Shown piece after piece: positions 1 to 9,480 of a DNA stretch of 64,000 nucleotides (positions are counted from its first letter, which is position 1; each line of letters begins with the position of its first letter). The DNA lies in assembly GCA_963720265.1 (NCBI GenBank), contig CAVRET010000002.1, positions 584,704 to 648,703 on the forward strand. Direction: 5' to 3'. Under the pieces are notes generated by a model, which saw nothing but the letters and a program-made list of their open reading frames with translations, had not been told where the DNA came from and did no database searches. Source of the DNA: an uncultured bacterium (GTDB lineage Bacteria > Patescibacteriota > Saccharimonadia > UBA4664). The position numbers and the translations under genes are program-made.

Positions 1-1
1 T

Positions 2-247
2 GAGATCCTAGCGCTCGGCCGGCCCGATGATGTGCTCATGGCCACCGTCTGGAGCCTGGCCGATCCCGTGCTCAGGGGCGTCCTCAGGCAAGCCCGTGCC
101 CACGATCGGGAGCATCACGATAACGGCATCTATCGGGCAGCTTACAACCAGATAGGGCGGCGCTGGCCGGATATTGATGACCGGCTGTGCTACTACGTCC
201 TGATCACAGCCTTCTGGCGGCTAAGTGTCGCGCAGATAAACGTCTGA
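2..247 (+). CDS. 3' end of a hypothetical protein; the gene begins upstream of the window
   Basis: Open frame runs in from the window edge and ends at a TAA at 245-247; ORF track lists 32..247; a GC-rich hairpin follows. Confidence 0.3.
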   Translation, partial: EILALGRPDDVLMATVWSLADPVLRGVLRQARAHDREHHDNGIYRAAYNQIGRRWPDIDDRLCYYVLITAFWRLSVAQINV

Positions 248-290
248 CGTGATCCCACCGTGGGCTGCCCGTACTGGGCGGCCCACGTCA
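245..290 (+). terminator. GC-rich inverted repeat TGACGTG...CACGTCA with an inner CGTGGGC/GCCCACG stem, directly after the partial CDS
   Basis: Inverted repeat read directly from the sequence; no clear U-run follows. Confidence 0.3.
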
Positions 291-333
291 TGTCTGCGGA
301 CGACCTGCATTGTCTTATCTGACCATATGAATT

Positions 334-1080
334 ATGAATAAGATAGCCGAACCAGTTCCGCGCCCGTCGCGGTTGTCATTTTGGAGCACATGTATGACGC
401 AAACAGCCGTACCCGCAGCACCGTTTACGGCCATCGCCACCCTCGTTCGCTTTTGGGGCGAGGTCGTGGCGACCATCGAATACGCAGTCGCAGGCCTGAA
501 TGCCAACGACGAGCCAACCATCCTGGCCGTAAAAAACCAGGGCCTCATCGCGGCCGGCCGCTACGAGGTCACCGTCTTCCGGGTTGCCCTCCAGCAAGCC
601 TGGTTGAATGCGGGGCTGTCTGAAGCCGAGAAGCGTATGGTGCTCTTGGTCCTCACGTTTGACCAAGGAGGCGAGGCCATCCCCGCGATCTTCCCGGACA
701 CCGAGGAGCACTTCCGGGCCCTGCTCAAACGCATTGTGCCCAACGCAGACATGCTGCCCCGCTTCACCCGAGCTGTCCGGGCGAACCAGTGGAAGCGAGG
801 GAGGGGAGCGGTCGCCCAGCTGCAAACGTTCCAGGCCATTATGCGGCTACCGCGCGGCGACTGGCCGGTGCACGTCTGGCTGCTCGCCAATTCCGCATTG
901 AGGAAACTCCTTGCGGAGGTAATCGAGTACGACCAACAGCAGCACCGAGGCATGCTCGAAAGCCGGGCTCGGTCAGAATTTACGGAGTCGGGGATCCCGG
1001 ACGACATAGACTACCTGTGTCTGCTAGTCTATGTCGTCGCTCGGATCCGGCTGGGTAAAATAACCGCCCGGCGCCAATAA
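334..1080 (+). CDS. hypothetical protein; start may be the internal Met near 394
   Basis: 248-aa ORF, no recognisable family, high GC. Confidence 0.4.
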   Translation: MNKIAEPVPRPSRLSFWSTCMTQTAVPAAPFTAIATLVRFWGEVVATIEYAVAGLNANDEPTILAVKNQGLIAAGRYEVTVFRVALQQAWLNAGLSEAEKRMVLLVLTFDQGGEAIPAIFPDTEEHFRALLKRIVPNADMLPRFTRAVRANQWKRGRGAVAQLQTFQAIMRLPRGDWPVHVWLLANSALRKLLAEVIEYDQQQHRGMLESRARSEFTESGIPDDIDYLCLLVYVVARIRLGKITARRQ

Positions 1081-1168
1081 AAAAAGCCGGGGGTCATGAT
1101 AACCTCCCAGCTCGCCGAAGCTTGACGGGGATGGCGGGCAGCACGTCCGTCCGCCATCCCCGTGTCTC

Positions 1169-1657
1169 TCATCCTGTCATCAACTGTATGCGGGTAACCA
1201 CCTTGCCGCGGAACAGAAGGGTAGGGTCGAACTCCACCACGTAACGGTAGAGCTCGCCCGCGGGCCCGCGGTTCATTTGATTGGTGCCGTCATCGGCCTC
1301 CAGCACACAAACCATGGTTTGGGCCGGCAGGCCACTGGCCGTAATGGTGCTGAGGACTGGAATATTCCATTGGTCGCCTACCCATGCGGGGTAACTCTGC
1401 CGCTCGATCTCCTCGATCGAAAGAGACTGCCCCAATAGATTACCGAACTCGCCGGCCAGTGCTTCGAGGCCCTCTCCCTCGTCAAGGTGGGTGAGCGTCA
1501 CCAGCGGCCGGTCAACACCCACGCGGTCGATCTTTGCGACCGCCTCTCTGATCCACCGTTGCTCTTGCGCGGTGAGCAAGACCTCGCGGCTATGCCTTGG
1601 CGCCCACAGCACGTACACAACGATCGTATGGGTCGTCCCATCGCCAGTTGTACTCAA
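1169..1657 (-). CDS. hypothetical protein
   Basis: 162-aa ORF, protein-like composition. Confidence 0.4.
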   Translation of the reverse strand: MSTTGDGTTHTIVVYVLWAPRHSREVLLTAQEQRWIREAVAKIDRVGVDRPLVTLTHLDEGEGLEALAGEFGNLLGQSLSIEEIERQSYPAWVGDQWNIPVLSTITASGLPAQTMVCVLEADDGTNQMNRGPAGELYRYVVEFDPTLLFRGKVVTRIQLMTG

Positions 1658-1772
1658 TTGTTCTCCTATTGGTACTCGAACTCCAGACTCGTCCTGATAT
1701 TATGACATAAATCGCTGGTCCAATATGGGTCTCAAGAAAGCAACCAGGCCCTGCCGCGATTCGGCAGGGCCT

Positions 1773-2180
1773 TCAGCGTCTCCACCTCCGCCCAACGCGC
1801 ATAACTGAAAACTCGAGTCCGGCGTCGGCCTCAGGTGCACTTGTTAGTTCGTACACCATTCCGGACGGTACAAACGCCCACTGGGCATAACCCAGGGTAT
1901 ACCGCAGCTCACCCACGATCAGACTGCCACTGCCGCGGATAATGCGCACAGCCGCGCCCCGGCGGCCGGATCGAAACTGGCGACTATGCTCATCCCGCGC
2001 CAGCGGACCGAAGTAGGTGAACGTGTGCCATTTGGCCGTCACCCGCAGGTGATGGATGCCGGTTAGCGCCGCCATGGCCTCGTTCATGCTGCCGGGCTGG
2101 CGATCGTTCCACAACGGGTCTGTTCGTCCTTGTCCAACAATCACCCCGGCATTGGCGGGGCGTGCAGCTTTGCGCCACAT
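1773..2180 (-). CDS. hypothetical protein
   Basis: 135-aa ORF. Confidence 0.3.
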   Translation of the reverse strand: MWRKAARPANAGVIVGQGRTDPLWNDRQPGSMNEAMAALTGIHHLRVTAKWHTFTYFGPLARDEHSRQFRSGRRGAAVRIIRGSGSLIVGELRYTLGYAQWAFVPSGMVYELTSAPEADAGLEFSVMRVGRRWRR

Positions 2181-2619
2181 GTCGCAGCACCTTTCGTAAT
2201 CCGGTCGCTTACTCAGTGCATGAGTTTATACACAATGTCATATAAATCTAAAAAAGTCCAGGTTCAATAATTGGCCAAACAAACAATTCACCGAACCTGA
2301 GAGAGTATTCTTATGGAAACCGCCAAGGCATCGTGGCTAGCCAAAATCCCCAGCGGCCGCTGGACCAAACGGCTCGTTGTAGCCTTTTTGCTCGGCGTGG
2401 CGGCCATGGCCGGTCCACTAGCAGGCAAGCTCACGGGGGTCGAGCCCAACGATGTTTCGGGTTTTCTCCCAGCCTCAGCCGAGTCTACCGAAGCGCTCAA
2501 AATCCAGGATCAATTTCAATCGCCGCACTTAGCATGATGCCCCGCCCAGACCGCAGGCGTGGCATCATGCTTACCTGCACCCCAGGCGGGGCGATTGAAA
2601 TGATTCGGTCAGTGGCCGC

Positions 2620-3249
2620 TCATGGAGCTACCAGATCGGTCACCAGATCGTCGAGGAGCCGGTCACTGGCCTCGAGACCGCAATGCTCGCGGTGGACCGC
2701 ATAAACCACCATGAACTCTGCCACCATTGTCGCCATGTCCGCGGCTTCCGGTTGAATCCGAATTCCACGGTCATCACGGTCCCAGGCGGCCGTGACAAGA
2801 GCGGCCGCCGAGCGCAGAGCGGCATGCAACGCGTGCGGCTCAGCCTGGCCTTCGCCGTACAGTCCCGCCGTGCGGAGCAGGTCATCGATTACCTCGGTGT
2901 TACTCACCGAGCCGCGGTCAGACCATTCGACGCTGATATTGCGCAGATACCTGATGGGCTCAACGACCACCCTGCCCCGCCCCAGCTCCTGCACCATCCT
3001 TACCGCGAAATTTGATAGCCACTGCGCGGCCAGCATGCTGCGCACAGCGGCGGTCGTCGGTTCAGGATAGTCTCGTAGCGCTGTGAGGAGGGTGTCCGGC
3101 GGCTCGAGGATTGTGGGCGTATAAGGCGCGAACGACCGCTGCCTCAGTTCCCGTGGAACATTATCAAGCCACATAAGAATCCTTCCGTCGTGGCCGATTT
3201 TTTGGGCAGGAATTATTAAAACACACATCACGTAATAATGCCAAGCCAC
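2620..3249 (-). CDS. hypothetical protein; start may be the internal Met near 3174
   Basis: 209-aa ORF, alpha-helical composition. Confidence 0.35.
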   Translation of the reverse strand: MAWHYYVMCVLIIPAQKIGHDGRILMWLDNVPRELRQRSFAPYTPTILEPPDTLLTALRDYPEPTTAAVRSMLAAQWLSNFAVRMVQELGRGRVVVEPIRYLRNISVEWSDRGSVSNTEVIDDLLRTAGLYGEGQAEPHALHAALRSAAALVTAAWDRDDRGIRIQPEAADMATMVAEFMVVYAVHREHCGLEASDRLLDDLVTDLVAP

Positions 3250-3349
3250 ACCAAGCGCATCGACGCCCCACCCAGATCAGGCGAAAGCGACGATGCTTGC
3301 CTGCCCCGGGCGGGGCGATTTGGGTCGGCGGCATGTAGCGGTAATCGCG

Positions 3350-3931
3350 TCAGCCCCGGAGGTGCGATACCACGCCCGACAGGCGCGAAGCCGCGAAGTC
3401 GATGTTGAACTTCATACTGCTGCTCGTCGGGCTGTACGTGAAGGTGTCGGTGCGCAGGTCGTAGCCTACGATATACAGCTTGATCCCCGTCGGCGTGACC
3501 ATCAGGAGGTAGCGCTTGGGGATATCGCCGCCCTCGCGGTGGTCGATATGCAGGCCGACGCTGTAGAACAGCTGCTCGCCGTTGCCCTGAAGCTGGCCGA
3601 CCCTGAAGGTCATGCCCCGCAATGGGTATGTGCCGCTGCTGCACCAGGCGCAGTGCAGTGAATCGGCGCACCAATGGGGGCTGCAGAGTAGCAGCAGCTC
3701 ACGCTCGACCAGTAGCAGTGAATCCGCCATCGCCGACTCCCTCACCGGCGTTCGGACCTCGGTGATATCAGGCCGGGCGATAAGCAGCCGGCCGGCCAAG
3801 GCTAGGTCAGGGAGCAGCTGAGCAGTCGCTTCAGCTCCCATAGCGGGAATGAGGTTGATCGGCATCGGCTCTATGCCCTGCAGTAGTGTGTCCAGGGCAG
3901 TCAGCGCTCCGCCGGGTTGTGCTCTGCTCAT
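3350..3931 (-). CDS. hypothetical Cys-rich protein; the ORF as listed extends to 4159
   Basis: Contains CSPHWCADSLHCAWCSS; the longest form overlaps the divergent gene at 4096, so the internal start MSRAQPGG at 3931 is preferred. Confidence 0.35.
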   Translation of the reverse strand: MSRAQPGGALTALDTLLQGIEPMPINLIPAMGAEATAQLLPDLALAGRLLIARPDITEVRTPVRESAMADSLLLVERELLLLCSPHWCADSLHCAWCSSGTYPLRGMTFRVGQLQGNGEQLFYSVGLHIDHREGGDIPKRYLLMVTPTGIKLYIVGYDLRTDTFTYSPTSSSMKFNIDFAASRLSGVVSHLRG

Positions 3932-4095
3932 CTTGCAGACTTCCCCTCTCCGGTTATCACCGGCTCGTTTCAAACAGCTCTGCCAGATGTGCACAATATA
4001 ATAATTCTTAATACCAGGCAAATTATTGCCCAATCGTCCACAACCAGGCACAATATCTTGCATAACTGTGAGCGTTAGCTCTTCTTTGACCGGAA
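3932..4095. promoter_or_regulatory. AT-rich divergent intergenic region, likely holding promoters for the 3350..3931(-) and 4096..4533(+) genes
   Basis: Local AT-richness (tgcacaatataataattcttaatacc) between divergently oriented ORFs. Confidence 0.3.
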
Positions 4096-4533
4096 ATGTC
4101 CAAACCCAGATCAATTGAGGTGGTATCCATGCCCGCCAAGCCCGTACCGGAGCTCGCAATCACCATCCCCCGAGTCTTGCGGATCCTCTACATGAGGCTG
4201 CAGACGCCCCCCTGGAATGCTCAGTCGAGACAAGAAAACAAACCCAGCGGGCCCTTCAAGAATGAGGCCCTTGAGCTCTTCCTCCTGCTCTACATCGCTG
4301 GGGGCGAAGGCGGCCACATCAATGGCCCTAACAGCCACAGGCTCGCAACACAGCTCGGTTACGACAGGAAAAACGTCGAAGCCATCACCAAATGGTGGCT
4401 GTACTTCGACTATTGCGGCTACGTTGTCCGGCGCAATCTGTCCGCCGATGACAGGCATCTCTGGTTGCTTCCGGCCGGCCGCGAACGGCTGATCCAGTTG
4501 ATCGCAAAGTACCTGTTGGGGCACCTGGCGTGA
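4096..4533 (+). CDS. hypothetical protein, possibly winged-helix like
   Basis: 145-aa ORF. Confidence 0.4.
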   Translation: MSKPRSIEVVSMPAKPVPELAITIPRVLRILYMRLQTPPWNAQSRQENKPSGPFKNEALELFLLLYIAGGEGGHINGPNSHRLATQLGYDRKNVEAITKWWLYFDYCGYVVRRNLSADDRHLWLLPAGRERLIQLIAKYLLGHLA

Positions 4534-4694
4534 CGAGTGTCGTATTTAGACGACCAACATCAAAGCCCGGCGCCCCCGAGTAGGGCGCCGGGCAGTCGTA
4601 GGCGCCAAGTAAATCCGCGGCGCCTACGACAGATCCCTTGGGCACCGAACAAACGCCTTGGCACCATCGATGTGCCGGCCGGCTCCGTGGCCGG

Positions 4695-5084
4695 TTAGTG
4701 CACCCACGATTGGCGCGTCAGAATAAGCCCGATCAAGAGTGCGATCGCACCGATGACGGCCCAGCCTGGACTCACGATCGCGGTCGCCACGCCCATGGCC
4801 GCCGACGCGGTGTAGAACAGGAATGCCATCAACAACCAGCGGCGGTTCGTGGGATATCTGGCCACATACAGCAGTACGCCACCGCCAAGCCAGGTCGCCC
4901 CGGCTAGCACCGCCATGTAGCGGTCATTGGGTATCGTGGCGAAGCCGCTGAGGGCTGCGGCGCACACCAAAAAAAACCCGCCAAGCACCAAAGGAGCCGC
5001 ATTCCCTAGCCCCATCCTCTGCGGCGCACCTGCTCCTTGAGTGGTCACGGCCACCTCACTTTCAAAGACGGATCGTGAGCCCAT
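4695..5084 (-). CDS. small integral membrane protein
   Basis: 129 aa with about 4 hydrophobic helices (LVLGGFFLVCAAALSGF, WLGGGVLLYVARY, LLMAFLFYTASAAMGVATAIV, AVIGAIALLIGLIL). Confidence 0.45.
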   Translation of the reverse strand: MGSRSVFESEVAVTTQGAGAPQRMGLGNAAPLVLGGFFLVCAAALSGFATIPNDRYMAVLAGATWLGGGVLLYVARYPTNRRWLLMAFLFYTASAAMGVATAIVSPGWAVIGAIALLIGLILTRQSWVH

Positions 5085-5120
5085 TATAGGCCATCGAACG
5101 TTTCATCTATACTAATATGC

Positions 5121-6044
5121 ATGGCTGCCAAGCGATCTATGGCCTCTTCCGGCATCATTGCCCTAGTAACCGTCGCACTCTTCTATGGTATTACCGCCGT
5201 CCTCGCCCGGTATTTAGCTACCGGCAGCGGCGTATTTGAGCAATGGTATTTGCGCTATGGCATTGCTTTCATTTCGGCTCTTATCATTTTTCACGGCCGC
5301 CTTGATTTCGGGAAGTTCCGCCGGCTGCCCAAAGCCGAATGGCAAATCCTCATATTTCGTTCGCTCGTCGGCGGAGTAGCGGCCGTCGGCCTCTATACGC
5401 TGGCCGCCCAAAATGCCAAAATCGGCGCGGTCGCCTTTATGCAGGCCGTTCCGACCCTGTCGGCCCTGGGTATTCTGCTCATGCACGAAAAACTCACAGC
5501 CCCCAAAGCCGGACTGATCGCCCTGTCGTTTGTGGGCGTGATTATTGCCGCAGTCGAAAACCCCCACGACCTGATGTCGCTTAATATCGGCGAAATCTAC
5601 TCGCTCATCTCCGGTGCCCTGTTTTCGCTCTTTTTCATCACCCGCAAGTGGCACACCGGCGCACTCAATAACCAGGAAATAACCCTAGCCACGTTAGGCC
5701 TTAGTGCAGTCGCAAACTATCTGCTCAGCCTGGTCCTGTACCACCGGCTGTTCCCAGACACTTCCGGCTGGTCGCCGTTCTTTGTGGTCGTGTTGCTGGT
5801 CGCCGGCATCATGGGTGTGGCCAACATTTTCTTACTTAACTTCGGCTTTGAACGAGTCAGCGGCATCATTGCCGGCAACATTATGAATCTCGAACAGCTC
5901 TTCGGCCCCATCTTCGGCTTCATCTTTTATGGCGAAGTGCTGACCGGACGCGAGCTGATCGGCGGCATAATTATTGTCGCCGCCGCCATTGGTATGAACC
6001 GGCTGGGCAATGGCCACGAGCCCGCTGCTGGTGTTCCGGATTAA
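5121..6044 (+). CDS. DMT/EamA-like multi-pass membrane transporter
   Basis: 307 aa, about 10 predicted transmembrane segments, duplicated EamA-like halves. Confidence 0.5.
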   Translation: MAAKRSMASSGIIALVTVALFYGITAVLARYLATGSGVFEQWYLRYGIAFISALIIFHGRLDFGKFRRLPKAEWQILIFRSLVGGVAAVGLYTLAAQNAKIGAVAFMQAVPTLSALGILLMHEKLTAPKAGLIALSFVGVIIAAVENPHDLMSLNIGEIYSLISGALFSLFFITRKWHTGALNNQEITLATLGLSAVANYLLSLVLYHRLFPDTSGWSPFFVVVLLVAGIMGVANIFLLNFGFERVSGIIAGNIMNLEQLFGPIFGFIFYGEVLTGRELIGGIIIVAAAIGMNRLGNGHEPAAGVPD

Positions 6045-6090
6045 AAGCTGAGAGCCCCCGGACAGCCGGAGGTCCCAGCTTTCCGAAGGC

Positions 6091-6588
6091 TCAAATTGCC
6101 TCTCGACCCACCCACCGGAGCGTGTGCTCGGTCAGATCGAGCTCAAATACCACCACCTCTCCCATTCTGATGGGAAAATCGCCCCATCCCGGTTCTCCTG
6201 CCAGTTTGGCCAGCCATCTGATAGCGGGTAGGTGAGTGCAGAGCAGAACTTCCTCGTAGCCCGCGCACGCCTCAAGCACCTGTTCCAGTGTGGGCCTGTA
6301 CTCCAGCCACCTGGCTTCTTTGGGCTCGCACCTGAGTCCGCCGCAGAGTGCTGCGGCGAGCTGCATGGTCCGCCGGTATCCGGAGTGGAGCACGAGCAGC
6401 GTCTTGCCCAGAAGCGTCTGTGCGAAAAATGCAGCGAGCTGTTCCGCGCGCTGCTGTCCGTCTGCGGTCAGCGGACCTTCCAGCGAATCCGTTATCGCAC
6501 GGTGGTCGTAATCCGGGTGCCGGATTGCGCCAACCCGCACCTTGTTTGCCTTTGCCAATAGTCCTCCCTCCAAGGCGGTTCCGGCCAT
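6091..6588 (-). CDS. histidine phosphatase family protein (SixA / phosphoglycerate-mutase-like)
   Basis: N-terminal IRHPDYDH (RH catalytic motif), LTADGQQRAEQLAAFF, LHSGYRRTMQ and a C-terminal CTHLPAI histidine. Confidence 0.5.
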   Translation of the reverse strand: MAGTALEGGLLAKANKVRVGAIRHPDYDHRAITDSLEGPLTADGQQRAEQLAAFFAQTLLGKTLLVLHSGYRRTMQLAAALCGGLRCEPKEARWLEYRPTLEQVLEACAGYEEVLLCTHLPAIRWLAKLAGEPGWGDFPIRMGEVVVFELDLTEHTLRWVGREAI

Positions 6589-6763
6589 ATAACTTTACCG
6601 TCATCTCGAAATTTTACAAATCCGCCAACAACCTCAGGGGTGCAGCCTTGGTCTGAGCAATAATAATTTCTAGCAGCTGCATACAGAAGCGGGCGGACAG
6701 CCCCAGCGAGTTCATCGCCGCGGCCGTCCGCCCGTCGCTTCCGCGGTGCTACCGTGTGCCGGG

Positions 6764-7243
6764 CTAAGCCCAGGTCTCCGTCCGCCCGACGTCCTTGTTC
6801 TTCAGCTTCGTGTTCAGAACGTTGCCCCAGACTTCGAGCACCCCTGTCAGGGTGTCGCCGGTGACCTTCAGTCGGGACACCACCTTGCGCACGAAGGGAT
6901 CCGGGACGTGCACCAGCGAGGCAATAGTGTGGTCGCCGGCGAAAACCCCGGCCTTCCGGCGCACCCGGGCCAGTGTGCCCTGCATGACGATCAGGCACAC
7001 GGTTTCCGTCGTGAGGTAGTCAGGCAGCTTGTCGGTGTAGCCCTTGATGACCACGTACGGGCCGTCGGCACTGAAGTGCACCCGCTCGCCGCCCACGCGC
7101 TCGCGCTTGCCCGCCGAGCTGGTCCGGCGGCAGAAGGCCACGGCAAACTTGTCGGCCAGTGTCTCCGGCTCAGGCAGCGCTATTCTGGCAGCCGCCGCCA
7201 GAGCATCGGTGTCGAGATACAGTTTAATCTTGATGCCGCCCAC
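6764..7243 (-). CDS. hypothetical protein
   Basis: 159-aa ORF; overlapping ORFs 6492..6998(-) and 6746..7309(+) look like spurious Arg/His-rich GC frames. Confidence 0.35.
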   Translation of the reverse strand: MGGIKIKLYLDTDALAAAARIALPEPETLADKFAVAFCRRTSSAGKRERVGGERVHFSADGPYVVIKGYTDKLPDYLTTETVCLIVMQGTLARVRRKAGVFAGDHTIASLVHVPDPFVRKVVSRLKVTGDTLTGVLEVWGNVLNTKLKNKDVGRTETWA

Positions 7244-7651
7244 TGCACGTCCTTACTACTGCTACATCCGAAGAATTCGGACCGGTTGCTTGTAGTGTGT
7301 CCCCGGTAGCAGCCACGGAGAGCTCTCTGGGCACAAACCATTGCGCCGGGAGAGCTCCCCATAGCAAAAAATGTCAAAGGATGACAGTTATTGTAACATA
7401 AAATTTGTATAATTACAATTGGTAGACCAGGCGACCGAAAATTTACACCTGACTGTTAAGGAGTCCAGGCGCTGGAGACGGATAATAGGCTGCGATTCAA
7501 ACGTTTCAAAACCTAGAAGTCAGGATAAGTTGGGCCGCTTACAGACGATAAATGTCCCCATCCACAAATTTCACCACACCGTCACCAATCGCGCTAACCA
7601 TATCACCGTCTACCGCAAGCGCCGTACCATCCGGCAGACCATACACGGTAC

Positions 7652-8206
7652 CTACAAATTCTCGCGTCGCCTCGCCACAATCTCAGTCCGATTGTTATCT
7701 GCGCCGGGCCGATCCAAATGCGATTTTGTGGCAAAGTCCACCAGTTCCAAGTAGCTGGTGAGGGCATAGTCATCACCCTCACCATACAGCTTCTGGAATC
7801 CAGCCTGATTTACCCGTAGGCCCACTATCGCACTTCCCGCACTCGAACCTACGTATACTTTCGTCTCCAGCCATCGCGGCAAACGACGGCTCAAACCTGT
7901 TCTGTTGAACACGTTCATCAAATAGTCGGTGTAGCCTCCGAGCACAAAGAACAGATCGGCAGCCTCAAGCCGATCCATGTATTCCAACTCCGTAAGCGCG
8001 AGTAGATTGACTAGGTCATACACGCCGCCAAAAGCCGCAGCACCTTGAACAAGCTCCCGAACCGCCCAACGGTTACCAACGTCATACACGTAACCTTCGT
8101 TGATGACAGCAATATTGATCTGCTCAGCCGGCTTTCCAACTAAACGGACGGCCGTTTGCGCAATAGCGTCATTTGCAAATCCAGTCGAGGTCAAAAGCAA
8201 CTTCAT
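7652..8206 (-). CDS. peptidase E-like (S51) protein; C-terminal part displaced into another frame (7539..7682), apparent frameshift
   Basis: MKLLLTSTGF...VGSSAGSAIVG matches the paralog at 42955 and peptidase E; the alternative frame downstream encodes EATREFVGTVYGLPDGTALAVDGDMVSAIGDG, which matches the peptidase E C-terminus. Confidence 0.55.
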   Translation of the reverse strand: MKLLLTSTGFANDAIAQTAVRLVGKPAEQINIAVINEGYVYDVGNRWAVRELVQGAAAFGGVYDLVNLLALTELEYMDRLEAADLFFVLGGYTDYLMNVFNRTGLSRRLPRWLETKVYVGSSAGSAIVGLRVNQAGFQKLYGEGDDYALTSYLELVDFATKSHLDRPGADNNRTEIVARRRENL

Positions 8207-8287
8207 TGCGCCATAATATCGTAAAAGAACAATATAGCAAACATAAAATTGAGGCTTCGCCGAGCCTCAGATAAAACATAAGAGCAA

Positions 8288-8362
8288 TGGTAGCCCCACG
8301 GGGAGTCGAACCCCGGTTGCCAGGATGAAAACCTGGTGTCCTAACCGCTAGACGATGGGGCC
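8288..8362 (-). tRNA. tRNA-Glu (anticodon UUC)
   Basis: Reverse complement GGCCCCATCGTCTAGCGGTTAGGACACCAGGTTTTCATCCTGGCAACCGGGGTTCGACTCCCCGTGGGGCTACCA forms a cloverleaf, has a TTC anticodon in a 7-nt loop, a GTTCGACTCC T-arm and an encoded CCA. Confidence 0.85.
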
Positions 8363-8453
8363 ATATCGAGGCATAGGGCCGTGAACCGTCAAATTCTACC
8401 ATTTTTTGCCCGTTTGCTCAATGCCATAGCATGGCTTATCGTATAAGATAAGC

Positions 8454-9029
8454 ATGAAAGATTTAGACAGCTTTTCTATCGAGTCCGACCAGATCGTGCT
8501 GCTCACCTATCGGGACGGCACCAACCGCCGGGCACTCCGGGCCGATCTGCCTCAATTACTGGCCAAAGCCGATCTCAAACGTGTCCACGCCGCCTATCGC
8601 CTGCGTCACAATTATCGCGACACGCTACCGCCCTGGCTTCGCGCTCTTGCGCTCACGGTTATCGTGCTTAGTGCCGGCCTCGGCAGCATGAAAGTGGTCA
8701 GCACGGTTATACATCCGGCCACGCACACGATACGCCATATTGCCGACACCGCCGGCACGAGCGGTGAAGTGCTCGATGCCAACGCCAATCAACCGTCAGG
8801 TGATAGTGCCACCGCCTCAAATTCCGCCCTCGCCGCACCGTCCGTCCCGCAACCGGCTGTCAATCAGCCGGCCATGCCGAATCTATCCACGCCCGCGCCA
8901 AGCCCCATCAAGCTTCCGCTCGGCGTAACTGTGCCCGCTCCCACCGCACTCGTTCCCACTGTGGTTCAAGCAGTTACCCAGCCGGTCGCACACACGGTTA
9001 CTCATGCTCTGAATTCGCTCGGGCTCTAG
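8454..9029 (+). CDS. hypothetical membrane protein with a Pro/Ala-rich C-terminus
   Basis: 191 aa, one hydrophobic helix (ALALTVIVLSAGLGS), low-complexity tail. Confidence 0.35.
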   Translation: MKDLDSFSIESDQIVLLTYRDGTNRRALRADLPQLLAKADLKRVHAAYRLRHNYRDTLPPWLRALALTVIVLSAGLGSMKVVSTVIHPATHTIRHIADTAGTSGEVLDANANQPSGDSATASNSALAAPSVPQPAVNQPAMPNLSTPAPSPIKLPLGVTVPAPTALVPTVVQAVTQPVAHTVTHALNSLGL

Positions 9030-9108
9030 ACAAACCATTAATTTCATTCTATAGTCATCATCGAGTCAACGACTCCCTATATCCGTCCGACCGAAGGAGT
9101 ACACGGGT

Positions 9109-9480
9109 ATGACTGATGCACCGTCACGTCCGGGGCAGCAGAGCCTGGACCTCGTCAACAAAACCGATCTCGAGTCGGGGTTCCAGAGCATCTTCCCATC
9201 CGATCCTCTGTCCAGGCTCTTGGTGCCGGGCGGGCTCCGTGCCGCGCTCAGCGCCGTTAGGGCGTACGCCGCTGGCGCCGAGGGGCTCACGGCAGAGCAG
9301 TGCCTGGCAGTTTGCTTGTTCGTCCAGCACAACCAAAACGCCTTGAAGAGCGGCGGCGACCGCGCCCAAGTAGCCCACGAACTGGTCGGGCTCTGCGTCG
9401 CCACCGCCCTGCAGATCCAGGGCGAGATGATCCTGAAGCTCCGCGGCCAAGCCGGCCGTGAGCCCTTCGGCCACCGCTAA
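9109..9480 (+). CDS. hypothetical protein
   Basis: 123-aa ORF; an antisense ORF overlaps it, so this is a weak call. Confidence 0.25.
   Translation: MTDAPSRPGQQSLDLVNKTDLESGFQSIFPSDPLSRLLVPGGLRAALSAVRAYAAGAEGLTAEQCLAVCLFVQHNQNALKSGGDRAQVAHELVGLCVATALQIQGEMILKLRGQAGREPFGHR

Noticed and set aside
1055-1100. Possible rho-independent terminator (CCCGGCG...GCCGGGGG with an A7/T7 run) between convergent genes at about 1080-1169.
   Set aside because: The stem is only about 6 bp, and the A/T run sits in the loop rather than trailing the stem on either strand. It is too weak to call.
6492-7309. Overlapping ORFs 6492..6998(-) and 6746..7309(+), 168 and 187 aa.
   Set aside because: Both are Arg/His/Pro/Gly-rich with no hydrophobic-core-like composition, and overlap the more protein-like 6764..7243(-) ORF. 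They are typical alternative-frame artefacts in GC-rich DNA.
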